From an uncultured Desulfarculus sp. (GTDB lineage: Bacteria > Desulfobacterota > Desulfarculia > Desulfarculales > Desulfarculaceae), in contig CAXXUK010000001.1 of the NCBI GenBank assembly GCA_963665125.2, forward strand, positions 2,880,001 to 2,944,000: a DNA stretch of 64,000 nt. Direction: 5' to 3'. This document shows positions 1-10,726 of this stretch, one piece after another. The position numbers and the translations under genes are program-made. Under the pieces are notes generated by a model. The model was not told the origin of the DNA and searched no databases. It saw nothing but the letters and a program-made list of their open reading frames with translations. The stretch's first letter is position 1; each line of letters starts with the position of its first letter.

Positions 1-1110
1 ATGGAGTTCACCGTTTACGTCGGTGACATTCCAGCGTTGGTGGAGCACCCCGGCCCCCGAGCGGGTACGTTCGGTAACCGCCTCCATCCATGTCTTAATG
101 ACCTCGCGGCGATATTCATCGTTCGGGTAGGCCAGTTTCCACCAATGTCTGAAATCACGGAGCCTGTCTCTGGTAAAGCCGAAATGACCGCCGAATTCTT
201 CGTTGAAATAGACGAGATTTACATTGGTGTCGGTGATGGCCATGGGCACGTGGGAGCGTTCCACCACCCGGCTGAATTTGACTTCACTGTTTAATAGTTT
301 TTCTTTTGTCGCGCGGTTTTTCTCGATCAGCCGCGCGGCACCCAGCGCACCGGCAAGGCAGGTTATGGCAAACAGGGCTCGGGCAGCCATTTCCTGGCCG
401 TAAATGTCAGAGATCAGGATTTGGTAAAAATTGCGGCCGTGAGAAGCGCCCAACATCGCGAATGCCGAGCTTAAAACCCAAAATATGGCCGCGAAGCCCA
501 GGGCAAAGACCAGGATCGGCCCGAAGGCAACAGTCCGTTTTTCGGCCAAACCCATCAGCCGGGATATGGCCCTCAGGCGCAACAGTGCGTCGCTGAGCAG
601 CAACACGACATACGCGTTGATGGTTTCCGTTAGGCATATAAGGCCCAATGCGTTCAACGAGATCGCCGTCTGGTCCGTGCCGCCCCACGGCGCGGGGTTG
701 AATCCCAGCAGCAAGGGGAATATCACGCAGATCACCAGAACGTTGACCATGCGAAAAGGTATTTCCCCCCAGTACGCGGACAGGCGCCACCGGCCTTTTC
801 GCCTCCCCTCGGCCCACCAGCCGTGCCATGCCACCCATAGGGTGAACATGGGTACCGAGGCCAGCATCCCCCAACCGGAAATCCAAATGAACCACATGGA
901 CTGGCAACCAAGACCCAGGGTTGCCGAAAGCAGGCCGTAACGCCATCCCCAGGCCTGGGACACCATCATGGGCAGTGTCAGGCCTAAAAGAAATGATGCT
1001 CGAATCGGCACAAGGTCAAACTCAAGGGGAAAGAAGTTGACCACGAAACCGACCAGACCAAAAATTATTGAAATAAAAATTTTACGGCTCGTGCTTATGG
1101 CAGCCTCCAA
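1..1110 (-). CDS. Multi-pass membrane PAS-domain sensor protein, partial (runs off window start)
   Basis: Hand translation is open from 1110 to base 1. It gives several hydrophobic segments (KIFISIIFGLVGFVVNFF, AWGWRYGLLSATLGLG) then a PAS-like segment (SEVKFSRVVERSHVPMAITDTNVNLVYFNEEFGGHFGF...WWKLAYP). Not in the ORF track because the stop lies outside the window. Confidence 0.85.
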   Translation of the reverse strand, partial: MEAAISTSRKIFISIIFGLVGFVVNFFPLEFDLVPIRASFLLGLTLPMMVSQAWGWRYGLLSATLGLGCQSMWFIWISGWGMLASVPMFTLWVAWHGWWAEGRRKGRWRLSAYWGEIPFRMVNVLVICVIFPLLLGFNPAPWGGTDQTAISLNALGLICLTETINAYVVLLLSDALLRLRAISRLMGLAEKRTVAFGPILVFALGFAAIFWVLSSAFAMLGASHGRNFYQILISDIYGQEMAARALFAITCLAGALGAARLIEKNRATKEKLLNSEVKFSRVVERSHVPMAITDTNVNLVYFNEEFGGHFGFTRDRLRDFRHWWKLAYPNDEYRREVIKTWMEAVTERTRSGAGVLHQRWNVTDVNGELH

Positions 1111-1159
1111 GCTTTACCAAGCAAGTCTATTAAGATAAAAGCCAAGATGTGAGAGGAAT

Positions 1160-1178
1160 TTGGAACATGTTGTTCCAA
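1160..1178. promoter_or_regulatory. Palindromic candidate operator TTGGAACA-N3-TGTTCCAA
   Basis: Perfect 8-bp inverted repeat about 50 bp upstream of the PAS sensor start. Confidence 0.45.
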
Positions 1179-1723
1179 TTCCAATTGCCTGTTCAGATAT
1201 TATTAATTGGCCCCAAGCCATGTCAACGGTCATTAAAACAGCCCATACCCAGCCGTTTTCAATGTTTACTCGTTTTTTTCATTGGTATTAGCTATTTGAC
1301 TATAGCCGGCAAAGAATCAACCATTTAAACGAGTGGAATGAAGGGAAAAATCGCCTTGGCATGCCTTCTTCCGCGACAATAGTTTGGACCGGGGCGGCAT
1401 TGTACATAAATCATCGGATACTGGCCCTTCCGGCTACAGATGGCAAGGGGCGCAGGTACACCCCACTATTCCTATCTGTTTAATATTGCATCGACAATTT
1501 CTATCAAGCCATAATCACCCATCGCAATTAGCTATTTGATTGCCCGACCGAAGGGGAATATAGATAGTGAAATGCGTAATTTGTCGGGCAGTGTCAGAAA
1601 ACAACCTGAATCCCTGTCCAACACATTGATATTTATTTACATTTTCAGGACGGACACCGGCGGATCGCGCGCCGCCCCACCGTGTATTGGCCTGATTAAC
1701 ACGCGCGCCCCAAGGAGGTCTCC

Positions 1724-3064
1724 ATGGCCGACGCCGCCAAGCTGACCAAGCTTCCCGCGGAAGTAGAAGAAAAGCTTAAGGCTTTTAACCTCAGCTACTG
1801 CCTGACCTGTGGCACCTGCAGTGCGGGATGCCCCATTACCGGCACCCCCGGAATGGAAGGTTGGGATACCCGCCGTGTGCTGCGCATGCTGGTATACGGC
1901 ATGGTCGACGAAGTTGTCGACAGCAAATTCCCCTGGCTCTGCACCGGTTGCGGCCGTTGCGCCGGAGCCTGCCCCATGGATATCGACATTCCGTACATCA
2001 TGGGCTTCATGAAGCACCTGCGCGACCGCGACAAGGTGCCCGGCATCCTTCACAAGGGCTGTCAGAACAACATCGACACCGGCAACAACATGGCCATCCC
2101 CCAGGAGGACTACCTGTTCAACATGGCCGACATGGGCAAGGAACTGGCCGAGGACGAACTGCCCGGCTTCTACGTACCCGTTGACCGCCAGGATGCCTCG
2201 ATTTTGTTCTTCCCCAACTCCAAGGAAGTCTACGGCGACTACGAAGACATGATCTGGTGGTGGAAGATTTTCTATGCCGCCCGCGAAAAGTGGACCATTC
2301 CCAGCGAGAACTGGGAAGCCGTCGACTGGGGCCTGTTCACCGGCAACTATGACGCCACCAAACTGTTCGCCCAGCGCAAAATCGACATGATGAAGAAGTT
2401 CAACATCGAACGGATGATCATGCCCGACTGCGGCGGCGGCTCCTACGGCTGCCGTGTCGGATTGAAGAACTGCGCCCTGGAAGACCCCGAGAACAAGATC
2501 AACAGCATCTACCTGTTCGAATACCTCAAGGAGATCATCGAGCAGGGCCGCATCAAGCTCGACAAGAGCGTCCATGCAGGCAAGGTCTTCACCTGGCACG
2601 ATTCCTGTAAACACGGCCGTGAGCTTGAGCGCCACTTTGGCTACGGTTATTTTGACGAGCCCCGCTGGATCATCGAACAGTGCGTCGATGAGTTCGTGGA
2701 CATGCAGCCCACCCGCAAAAACAACTACTGCTGCGGCGCGGGCGGCGGCATGTGGCCGGCTCCTTATGAAGAGGAAAGCGCCTGGCACGGCCGCAAGAAG
2801 TACGAGCAGATCAAAAACTCCGGCGCCAACGTGGTCGTCGTGGCCTGCTCCAACTGCCACGACCAGATCATGAAGCGGCTGCCCAAGTTCTACACAGACT
2901 ACAAGTACGAAGTTAAGTACATCTGGGAACTGGTGGCCGACGCCCTGGTCATCGATCCCTACACCGAGGAAGAGATCGCCCAGTGTGAGGCCGAAGCCGC
3001 GGCCCAGTGGGAACGTTTCGGCATCGAGTTGGATGACGACGACGATTGGACCCCGCCCGAATAA
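1724..3064 (+). CDS. Heterodisulfide reductase-related (HdrC/HdrD-like) Fe-S protein
   Basis: CLTCGTCSAGCP and CTGCGRCAGACP 4Fe-4S motifs; C-terminal CCG domain (HDSC, CCGAGGG, ACSNC); AGGAGG SD. Confidence 0.9.
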   Translation: MADAAKLTKLPAEVEEKLKAFNLSYCLTCGTCSAGCPITGTPGMEGWDTRRVLRMLVYGMVDEVVDSKFPWLCTGCGRCAGACPMDIDIPYIMGFMKHLRDRDKVPGILHKGCQNNIDTGNNMAIPQEDYLFNMADMGKELAEDELPGFYVPVDRQDASILFFPNSKEVYGDYEDMIWWWKIFYAAREKWTIPSENWEAVDWGLFTGNYDATKLFAQRKIDMMKKFNIERMIMPDCGGGSYGCRVGLKNCALEDPENKINSIYLFEYLKEIIEQGRIKLDKSVHAGKVFTWHDSCKHGRELERHFGYGYFDEPRWIIEQCVDEFVDMQPTRKNNYCCGAGGGMWPAPYEEESAWHGRKKYEQIKNSGANVVVVACSNCHDQIMKRLPKFYTDYKYEVKYIWELVADALVIDPYTEEEIAQCEAEAAAQWERFGIELDDDDDWTPPE

Positions 3065-3091
3065 TCGGTCATCGGCAGCAAAGCTGCATCA

Positions 3092-3126
3092 GCGGGAGGC
3101 CTTCTTTCGGGCCTCCCGTTTTTTTG
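3092..3126 (+). terminator. Intrinsic terminator
   Basis: GCGGGAGGCC...GGCCTCCCGT stem followed by a T-run, just after the Fe-S gene. Confidence 0.85.
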
Positions 3127-3382
3127 CTATGGCGTATTTTCATTACCTTTGCCGGGCCAAGCCATGCCCGGCAACCCGGCAACATCACGGGTGTTGCACG
3201 AACATCGCGAATTGACAGGCCGCTTATATCCTATCGGACGGTCTGTTTTTTAACAGCCCGCTAGCGGCTGGGGAGCCGATGTGGTAATAAATTCTAGTTT
3301 GGTCCGCTTAGGCGGACGGTATTGCTTTTATCCACGATTCCGGGTGGCGCCTGTTGCTTTTCGCCTGGCCAAAGAATCATAA

Positions 3383-5212
3383 ATGAATCTTGAGATCCGA
3401 TTCACACCGGCTTCAGTTGCCGTACTGACAGCGCTGCTTCTGGCCGCCCTGATCGTCGGTTTGACGGCCTTGGGGCCCAACAACCGCGCCGTAAGCCTCA
3501 ACGGCGCAGTGCTGTACCATAACGGCCAAGAGATTCTCAAACCTGACCAAGAAGTGGGCATAGTCATCAACGGCCTGGCCAAGCTGGCAGCACCGGCCGC
3601 CCTGGACATCTGGGCCAATGGCGCGGCCGGCCTGCGCCTGATGCCCGGCTCGGCCCAGCCGGAAGACGTAACCCCGGAACGCGTGCGCTGGTTTTTCACA
3701 GGGCCGGTTCCCGACCGCCTGGGCCTGGTCAACTATGGCGAGAGCGTAATAAAGCCCACCAGAATCAGGGCCCGCAACTATCTGGCCCGCAACACCGGCA
3801 CGCCCCGTTTCGCCGTATTGATACCCGGTTCCGAGCACATGGGCACTCAATGGGCCCCCTGGCGCAGGCCGCTGCTTATCGCCGCGGCAATGCTGGCGCT
3901 GTTTATCGGCGCCGTTCCCTGGCTGCGCCGGGGCGGCGGGTTTTCCGACCCGCGGTTTTGGGCCCTTATCACGCTGCCCGCCCTTGGCCTTGCTGGCACG
4001 GCGATAATCGCCTTGGTCGGATACAGACTGCTGTTGGCTTTCGACACCTATCTGCTGGTTTTCGGCCTGGGGCCGCTGCTGATCCTTGTCTGCGGCTTGG
4101 GCATCGTGGCCCGCTGGCTGGAGCGCCGGATCGCGGCTCTGGTTGGAATTATCACCCGTTCCAGGGTCTGGATCGCCCTGCGAGACATGAGCCTGCCTGG
4201 CTATATCATGCTGCCCCTGGTGGCGGTCATAATTTTCGTTCCGGCCATGCTCATGCCCAGTCCGCCGCTGAAGGTCCCCTTTGACAGCGACTGGCTTCAG
4301 GAACTCAACAAAAACAAGCCATATGTGGTGGCCATCGGCAACTCCATGATCGGCTCGCGCATCGACGTCAAGCGATTGTCCGAGCTTGTGGGTCATCCGG
4401 TGGACATGAAGTGGTCGCCCGGCTCGGGGCCGAGGCTTTGGTATCTGCTGTTCAAGAACTATGTCTGCCAGGCCGAGACCAAGCCCAAATACGTTTTGCT
4501 GATGTATGCCGACTTCGAGTTTCCCTGGCCCCGCCAGGGCTGGCTTAACGAATGGGACATCCGGGAGGTGGAACGCCTGACCCCGGACAAATATCAGGAA
4601 TACGACCCGGTCTTCAAAGAGCTGTGTCTGGCGGACCCGACCTTCCGTCAACAGTTGCAGCTTTTCATCCGTCGCTGTTTCAATGTGAGCAACTATGCCT
4701 TCCCGGCCAAGCAATGGCTCGACACCCAAGTGATGAACCTCACCGATCCGCCCCTTTGGGTCAAGCAGACCGAGCCAAGCTGGCAGACGCCTTTTTGGAA
4801 AAACTTTGTCAACAAGCGGTTTGAATTGGACCACTTGCGGCCCGGCGTGTTCGTGCCCCGCCAAAAGCAGCTTTTCAAGAATTTCTATAAGACCCAAAGG
4901 GCCATAGACAAGTCGTTCCTGCCCCACTTTATCCAGCTGGCCAAGGATAACGGCATTGAGTTGATCATCTTGCGCATGCAACATCGCATCTTCAACAGCG
5001 CCCACAACGGCCAGGAGCCCGAGGACATGCGCATGGTGGTAGAGGCCCAGAAAAAATACTTCGACGAGCAGGGCATCAAACATTACGACTTCAAGGGCGA
5101 CCCGGAAATCACCGAGGAACTCTATGGCGCCGGCGACCACATCGGCTTCGACCACCGCCGCACCCGCTGGACCGAGATCATGTTCAAACGCATGGGCGAT
5201 ATGTTCAAATGA
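3383..5212 (+). CDS. Membrane protein with C-terminal SGNH/DltD-like acyltransferase domain
   Basis: Several TM segments, then AIGNSMIG (GDS-like block I) and a C-terminal GAGDH; overlaps the MBOAT start (ATGA). Confidence 0.65.
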   Translation: MNLEIRFTPASVAVLTALLLAALIVGLTALGPNNRAVSLNGAVLYHNGQEILKPDQEVGIVINGLAKLAAPAALDIWANGAAGLRLMPGSAQPEDVTPERVRWFFTGPVPDRLGLVNYGESVIKPTRIRARNYLARNTGTPRFAVLIPGSEHMGTQWAPWRRPLLIAAAMLALFIGAVPWLRRGGGFSDPRFWALITLPALGLAGTAIIALVGYRLLLAFDTYLLVFGLGPLLILVCGLGIVARWLERRIAALVGIITRSRVWIALRDMSLPGYIMLPLVAVIIFVPAMLMPSPPLKVPFDSDWLQELNKNKPYVVAIGNSMIGSRIDVKRLSELVGHPVDMKWSPGSGPRLWYLLFKNYVCQAETKPKYVLLMYADFEFPWPRQGWLNEWDIREVERLTPDKYQEYDPVFKELCLADPTFRQQLQLFIRRCFNVSNYAFPAKQWLDTQVMNLTDPPLWVKQTEPSWQTPFWKNFVNKRFELDHLRPGVFVPRQKQLFKNFYKTQRAIDKSFLPHFIQLAKDNGIELIILRMQHRIFNSAHNGQEPEDMRMVVEAQKKYFDEQGIKHYDFKGDPEITEELYGAGDHIGFDHRRTRWTEIMFKRMGDMFK

Positions 5213-6645
5213 CCTTTAACAGCCTGGATTACATAGCCTTTCTGGCGGTGGTGCTGCTCACCTACTGGTTTTTGCCCAAACGGGGCCAAAACATCTTCCT
5301 GCTTGCGGCCAGCTATTTCTTTTACGGCTACGTGCACCAGTGGTTCCTGGCCTTGATCCTGGGGGCCACGGCTATCAACTACATCGCCGCCCTGGGCATC
5401 CGGCGTTTTCCGGACAAGGCCAAGACAATCCTGGTCGGCGCTTTGGTGCTTAGCCTGGGCATCCTGGGTATCTACAAATACCTGGATTTCTTTGTCGGCA
5501 ACGTCATCGCCCTGTTGAACCTGGCCGGTTTCAAGACCATGGAAACCACCATGCGGGTCTTTTTGCCGGTGGGCATCAGTTTTTACACCTTCCAGGTCAT
5601 CGGCTACACCATCGACGTGTACCGGGGCAATTTGGAGCCGCGGACCAATTTCCTGGACTTCGCCCTGTTCGTCTCGTTTTTTCCCCAGCTCGTGGCCGGT
5701 CCCATTGAGCGGGCCGGCAATCTGCTGCCCCAGATAGAGAACAAACGCACCCTGACTACCGACCGCCTTTACAACGGCCTGATCCTGATGGTCTGGGGCT
5801 TTTTTAAAAAAATGGTGGTGGCCGACAATGTCGCGCCGGTGGCCGATAAGGTTTTTTCCCTCAACGATCCGTCGTTTTATCTGCTGTGGGTGGGCGCCTT
5901 TGCCTTTTCCGTCCAGATATTGGCCGACTTCAGCGCCTACACCGACATCGCCAGGGGCACGGCCCGCATGTTGGGCTTCGACCTGGTCAAAAACTTCGAC
6001 AACCCTTATTTCTCCAGGTCAATTGGCGACTTCTGGCGGCGCTGGCACATGTCGCTGTCGTATTGGTTCCGGGACTACATCTACATCCCCCTGGGCGGCA
6101 ACCGTCAGGGCCCCTGGCGCGGGGCCTTCAACATCTTCCTGACGTTCCTGCTTTCGGGCCTGTGGCACGGCGCGGCCTGGAACTTCGTGCTATGGGGCGG
6201 ATATCACGGCTTTTGGGTACTGGCCGAGCGACTGTACAAGCACTATGTCCCGGCCCTGCCCCAGCGCATCGGCAAGCTGCTATTGCCGCTGAAGGTGGCG
6301 GCCACCTTCGTTCTGATCGTCTTCGGCTGGATGCTGTTCCGCGAGTCCAACGGCCTGCACTGGATCATCACCCATCTCAGTCTGCGGCCCGGCGCCTCGC
6401 CTGTCGAGGACATAGAGATCGCCCAGTTTCTGTTGCTTTTATGCTTTGTCTACTCGCTGCCCATGTGGATCAAGGCCTTTTTCGCCTGGGTGGAGGACAA
6501 GATGTGCTCGGGCTATGCCAATGACAACGGCACCTTGCCCCAACCCGCGGTGTTGCTGCGGGCCTGCATGGCTTCGCTTTGCTTCATGGGCATTTTGATT
6601 TTCCGGGGCACTGAAAGCGCGACGTTCATCTACTTCCAGTTTTAA
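5209..6645 (+). CDS. MBOAT family O-acyltransferase (AlgI/PatA/DltB-like)
   Basis: LPVGISFYTFQ, FFPQLVAGPIER, FWRRWHMSLS, GLWHGA, C-terminal FIYFQF. Confidence 0.95.
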   Translation: MTFNSLDYIAFLAVVLLTYWFLPKRGQNIFLLAASYFFYGYVHQWFLALILGATAINYIAALGIRRFPDKAKTILVGALVLSLGILGIYKYLDFFVGNVIALLNLAGFKTMETTMRVFLPVGISFYTFQVIGYTIDVYRGNLEPRTNFLDFALFVSFFPQLVAGPIERAGNLLPQIENKRTLTTDRLYNGLILMVWGFFKKMVVADNVAPVADKVFSLNDPSFYLLWVGAFAFSVQILADFSAYTDIARGTARMLGFDLVKNFDNPYFSRSIGDFWRRWHMSLSYWFRDYIYIPLGGNRQGPWRGAFNIFLTFLLSGLWHGAAWNFVLWGGYHGFWVLAERLYKHYVPALPQRIGKLLLPLKVAATFVLIVFGWMLFRESNGLHWIITHLSLRPGASPVEDIEIAQFLLLLCFVYSLPMWIKAFFAWVEDKMCSGYANDNGTLPQPAVLLRACMASLCFMGILIFRGTESATFIYFQF

Positions 6646-7949
6646 TCGGTATTGCGGCGTCCCACGAATGACTCGGCGTCAAAGTCGGCGCAGAGGATCA
6701 TTCGCCGACCATCGGCCGTGTCAAACCACAGCGACAGGGTGACGCACTGGTTGCCCGAGGCCAGGGATATGTACGGACTGGAGGCATAGCGCTTCAGGCC
6801 TGCCTTGAGCATCAGATAATAACGCTTCAGGGACATGTCCGCGCCTTTGGGGGCGGGGCGGTATAGGACCTGCCCCCGGTAGGATATCTTGTTGGGCGCG
6901 CAAACAGTCTCGCTGATCTGGCGGCCGTCGTTGTCCAGCACATATACGCACTCCAACCTTGGCTGCTGCTCGATCATTCTCATGAGCATACTGCCAAGGT
7001 TGTTAATGTCGGCCTGGTTTACCTGCTCCCGCAACCAGGAAAAAATCCCTTCCAAATGCTGGCCCCACTGCTCGTTCCGGGCCGCATTGGCCAGGGCCTG
7101 ATCAACCATTTTCTCGCCCAAGGCGTTTATCTCGGCAACGCACCAGCCGGTGGCGGCCCCGCCGTCGGGCCGGGGCATGCCCAGCAAATATCCCTGCAAC
7201 AGGTCGGCACCCAGGTCCAGGGCGGTCAACGCCTCCTCCTGGGTTTCGACACCCTCGGCCAACACCAGGGAACCAATATGATGCCCCAATCCGGCCAGGG
7301 CCCTGATGATTTCCTGCTTGTAAAAATGACGTTCCACGCCGCTGATCAGCGACCGGTCTATCTTGATGACATCGGGCTGCAAAAGGGCGATTCGCTCCAG
7401 GTTGGAGTGGCCCGCGCCCACATCGTCAAGGGCCAAGGAAAATCCGTGTTTGCGGTAAAAGGCCACGAAAGCGGCCAGGGCCTCGGTGTCGGTGACCTTG
7501 GATTCCACCAGTTCAATGACGATGGTCGCCGGATCCAGGTTGTATTCATCAACCATGTTCAGGATGTTGCCCGAACCGGCCACCCCCAAGTCCAACAGGG
7601 ATGTCTCGAAGTTGATGGTCAGCATGGCTTCGGGCAACTTGCACGAAACAGCGGCAAAACCCATCAAGGCCTTGCGCCGGCAAAGCCTGTCCAACTCCAC
7701 CAGCAGGCCGTACCTTGAGGCCGCATCAAACAAGACCGGCGGTGGAATAGGCTCGCCCGTGGCCGGATGCCGGGCCCGGCAAAGCGACTCAAAACCGATT
7801 ATGCTGCGGGAGGTCATCCCCACGATGGGCTGATAATGGCTGACGGCAAGTTCATTCTCGATGATGGCCGCAACATCTTGACGACTTAATTCGCCGGGCC
7901 GGCTGGACCGGTCATTAAACACCTTTTTGGGTTGCGGCTGCTTGAGCAA
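6642..7949 (-). CDS. EAL-domain c-di-GMP phosphodiesterase with C-terminal Cache/PAS-like domain (YkuI-like)
   Basis: YQPIV, GFESLCR, DDVGAGHSNL, KID, AEGVE, QG; C-terminal SPYISLASG..C.T.S. Confidence 0.9.
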   Translation of the reverse strand: MLKQPQPKKVFNDRSSRPGELSRQDVAAIIENELAVSHYQPIVGMTSRSIIGFESLCRARHPATGEPIPPPVLFDAASRYGLLVELDRLCRRKALMGFAAVSCKLPEAMLTINFETSLLDLGVAGSGNILNMVDEYNLDPATIVIELVESKVTDTEALAAFVAFYRKHGFSLALDDVGAGHSNLERIALLQPDVIKIDRSLISGVERHFYKQEIIRALAGLGHHIGSLVLAEGVETQEEALTALDLGADLLQGYLLGMPRPDGGAATGWCVAEINALGEKMVDQALANAARNEQWGQHLEGIFSWLREQVNQADINNLGSMLMRMIEQQPRLECVYVLDNDGRQISETVCAPNKISYRGQVLYRPAPKGADMSLKRYYLMLKAGLKRYASSPYISLASGNQCVTLSLWFDTADGRRMILCADFDAESFVGRRNTD

Positions 7950-7997
7950 GTTGGTTCTCCATGGGGTTTCGGCGGTGTAGCCGAGTGGATACGCAGC

Positions 7998-8040
7998 AAA
8001 AAAGAGGCCAATCCGCCAAAACGGCGAATTGGCCTTGTTT
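7998..8040 (-). terminator. Intrinsic terminator after the trp operon
   Basis: Minus-strand hairpin AGGCCAATTCGCC...GGCGGATTGGCCT followed by CTTTTTT. Confidence 0.7.
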
Positions 8041-8131
8041 ACTTAGCAAACCGGTGGTTATTGCTTTTTCAAAACATACCAATATGTATGATCGTTTACT
8101 GTATACAACATTTTAGAATGTATTGCATGAC

Positions 8132-8935
8132 TTATATAACCGCAGCTTGGGCCAGTTCCTGGGCCAATTCCAGGGTCGACGCCACCGCCTTGGCCGGGTC
8201 GGCCTCGGCCAGGGTCCGCCGCACCAGGGCGCTGCCCACGATCACGCCGTCGGCACAGGCCGCCAGGCTGGCCGCCTGCTGCGGCGTTGCCACGCCAAAG
8301 CCCACGGCCACCGGCAGGTGGGAAATGGCCCGCACCTGTTCCAGGCGCTGGGTCAGCGGTCCGCCCACCTTCAGTTCGGCCCCGGTAACGCCGGTCATGG
8401 ACACGTAGTACAGGAACCCTCCGCAGTATTGCAAAACCTTTTTCAAACGTTGGTCATCGGTGGTGGGCGTGGCCAGCATGATCAGATCGATGCCCTGGGC
8501 CTTGGCCGCGGTGTACAGGGGCTCTGCCTCCTCGGGCGGCAGGTCCGGGATGATCAGCCCGCAGACCCCGGCCTGGGCGGCCCGGCGGGAAAACTCATCC
8601 AGGCCCATATGCAGGATGGGGTTGTAGTAGCTCATGATCACCAGGGGCGCGTCGACCTTGGGCGCTGCGGCGGCCAGCATGTCCAGCAGCCCGCCCGGCG
8701 TGACCCCGGCGTCCAGGGCCTTTTGGCTGGATTCCTGGATGGCCGGGCCGTCGGTCATGGGATCGGAAAACGGCAGCCCCACCTCGATGACATCTGCCCC
8801 GGCCTTGGCCAGGCCGATGAGCAGGTCCTCGAAACCGGCCGGATCGGGCAGGCCTCCGGTGACAAAGGGTATGAACGCGGCGCGGCCCTGGTCTTTGGCC
8901 TTGGCGAACGCCTGTTGAATCTTACTCATGATCAT
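8132..8935 (-). CDS. trpA: Tryptophan synthase alpha chain
   Basis: [39 protein letters not shown]. Confidence 0.97.
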   Translation of the reverse strand: MIMSKIQQAFAKAKDQGRAAFIPFVTGGLPDPAGFEDLLIGLAKAGADVIEVGLPFSDPMTDGPAIQESSQKALDAGVTPGGLLDMLAAAAPKVDAPLVIMSYYNPILHMGLDEFSRRAAQAGVCGLIIPDLPPEEAEPLYTAAKAQGIDLIMLATPTTDDQRLKKVLQYCGGFLYYVSMTGVTGAELKVGGPLTQRLEQVRAISHLPVAVGFGVATPQQAASLAACADGVIVGSALVRRTLAEADPAKAVASTLELAQELAQAAVI

Positions 8936-10119
8936 TCTCCGATCAGCGCGTTTGTTTGGGAGCCGTCCTTATCGCCCCGGCCCGACAGGCAAACCACGAT
9001 GATGTTGTCCTTGGCCATTTTCGGCGCGACGTATTGCAGGTAGGCCAGGGCGTGGCTGCTCTCCAGGGCAGGGATGATGCCTTCCAGGCGACTGAGCAGA
9101 CCGAAGGCGGCCACGGCTTCGTTATCGGTCACCGAAGCGTATTCCACTTCGCCGGCGTCGTGCAGATAGCAGTGCTCGGCCCCCACGCCGGGATAATCCA
9201 GCCCCGCGGCGATGGAATGGGCCTCCAGCACCTGGCCCCACATGTCCTGGAGCAGGTAGATATGAGCCCCGTGCAGCACGCCGGGCTCGCCCTTGGTCAG
9301 GCAGGCCGCGTGCTTGTCGGTGTCCAGGCCGTGTCCGGCCGCCTCCACGCCGATCTTGCGCACTCCCTTGTCGCCCAGGAAGGGATGGAACATGCCCATG
9401 GCGTTGGAGCCGCCGCCCACACAGGCCAGCAGGAGGTCGGGCAGACGCCCTTCCTTTTCCAGGATCTGGGCCCGAGCCTCCCGGCCGATGACCGACTGGA
9501 TGTCCCGGACGATCATGGGATAGGGATGGGGCCCCACCACCGAACCGATGATGTAGTGGGTGTCTTCCAGGTTGGTCACCCAGTAGCGCATGGCGTCGCT
9601 GGTGGCGTCCTTGAGGGTCCGGGCCCCGCAACTCACCGGCTTGACCGTGGCCCCCAACAGCTTCATGCGGGTGACGTTCAGCGCCTGGCGCTCGATGTCC
9701 ACCTCGCCCATGCAGACCACGCACTCCAGACCGAACAGGGCGCAGGCCGTTGCCGTGGCCACGCCGTGCTGGCCCGCGCCGGTCTCGGCAACGATGCGCT
9801 TTTTGCCCATCTTCTTGGCCATGAGGCACTGGGCCAGGGCGTTGTTGATCTTGTGTGCGCCGGTGTGGGCCAGATCCTCACGTTTGAGGAAGATCCGCGC
9901 CCCGCCGTGGTGGGCGCTGAGGCGCTTGGCCTCGTACAGGGGCGTCTGGCGGCCCACGTAGTCTTTCAAAAGGCCCTGCAACTCGGCCACGAACTCGGGG
10001 TCATTTTTCAGTTTGGCGTAGGCCTCTTCCAGTTCGAACAGGGCGGGCATCAGCGTCTCGGGCACGAAGCGTCCGCCGTATTCGCCGTAGCGGCCCCTGC
10101 TGTCCGGCAGCTCAGGCAT
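8932..10119 (-). CDS. trpB: Tryptophan synthase beta chain
   Basis: [31 protein letters not shown]; start placed at the ATG overlapping the trpF stop. Confidence 0.97.
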   Translation of the reverse strand: MPELPDSRGRYGEYGGRFVPETLMPALFELEEAYAKLKNDPEFVAELQGLLKDYVGRQTPLYEAKRLSAHHGGARIFLKREDLAHTGAHKINNALAQCLMAKKMGKKRIVAETGAGQHGVATATACALFGLECVVCMGEVDIERQALNVTRMKLLGATVKPVSCGARTLKDATSDAMRYWVTNLEDTHYIIGSVVGPHPYPMIVRDIQSVIGREARAQILEKEGRLPDLLLACVGGGSNAMGMFHPFLGDKGVRKIGVEAAGHGLDTDKHAACLTKGEPGVLHGAHIYLLQDMWGQVLEAHSIAAGLDYPGVGAEHCYLHDAGEVEYASVTDNEAVAAFGLLSRLEGIIPALESSHALAYLQYVAPKMAKDNIIVVCLSGRGDKDGSQTNALIGE

Positions 10120-10726
10120 TGTGGGCTCTGCGGACAAAGCTTGCGATTTTGTCATGATCTTTTCTCCCAGGCTCCATCTCCAGGCCGGAACTGGCGTCCA
10201 CGGCATAGGGCCTGACGGTTTGAATTGCTTGTTCCACGTTATCCGGGCCCAGGCCTCCGGCCAGAATCAGCGGCCGCAGCCTGGCCGCTTCCACGGCCAA
10301 CTTCCAGTCAAACACCTTGCCCGTGCCACCGTGCATGCCCTTTACCGCCGTATCCAGCAGCAATGTCGCGCCGCGGTGGGCCTCGGGATCGGCCTTACCT
10401 TCGCCGCCCATGCCCTGGACACGGATCACCCGCCGGGGTCCGCCCAGCATGGCGTCGGCGGCATCACCGGACCCGCCCACCAACTGGACCATGTCCAGCC
10501 CGCAGAAATCACGAATCCGCTTGATCTCGTCGGCAGGGGCGTCAACGAACACGCCCACGGTCACGGCCAGGGGCGGCAGTTGGCTGATGATCTGTTTGAC
10601 CTGATCGGGCCTGAGCTGGCGCGGGCTCTCGGCCAGGATGAAACCCAAAGCGTCGGCCCCGGCGTTCAAGGCGACCAGGGCGTCGGCCAGGTTCGTCAGG
10701 CCGCATACCTTCACTCTGGTTCTCAT
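10112..10726 (-). CDS. trpF: Phosphoribosylanthranilate isomerase
   Basis: [29 protein letters not shown]. Confidence 0.95.
   Translation of the reverse strand: MRTRVKVCGLTNLADALVALNAGADALGFILAESPRQLRPDQVKQIISQLPPLAVTVGVFVDAPADEIKRIRDFCGLDMVQLVGGSGDAADAMLGGPRRVIRVQGMGGEGKADPEAHRGATLLLDTAVKGMHGGTGKVFDWKLAVEAARLRPLILAGGLGPDNVEQAIQTVRPYAVDASSGLEMEPGRKDHDKIASFVRRAHNA

Noticed and set aside
1..946. Track ORFs 1-294, 306-596, 407-946 and 485-940
   Set aside because: They overlap the better-supported minus-strand PAS sensor frame
3413..5155. Long antisense ORFs (also 8956-10215, 30226-32106, 32075-33715, 41422-42972, 59405-61030)
   Set aside because: They lie opposite well-supported genes; GC-rich codon bias suppresses antisense stops; no motifs
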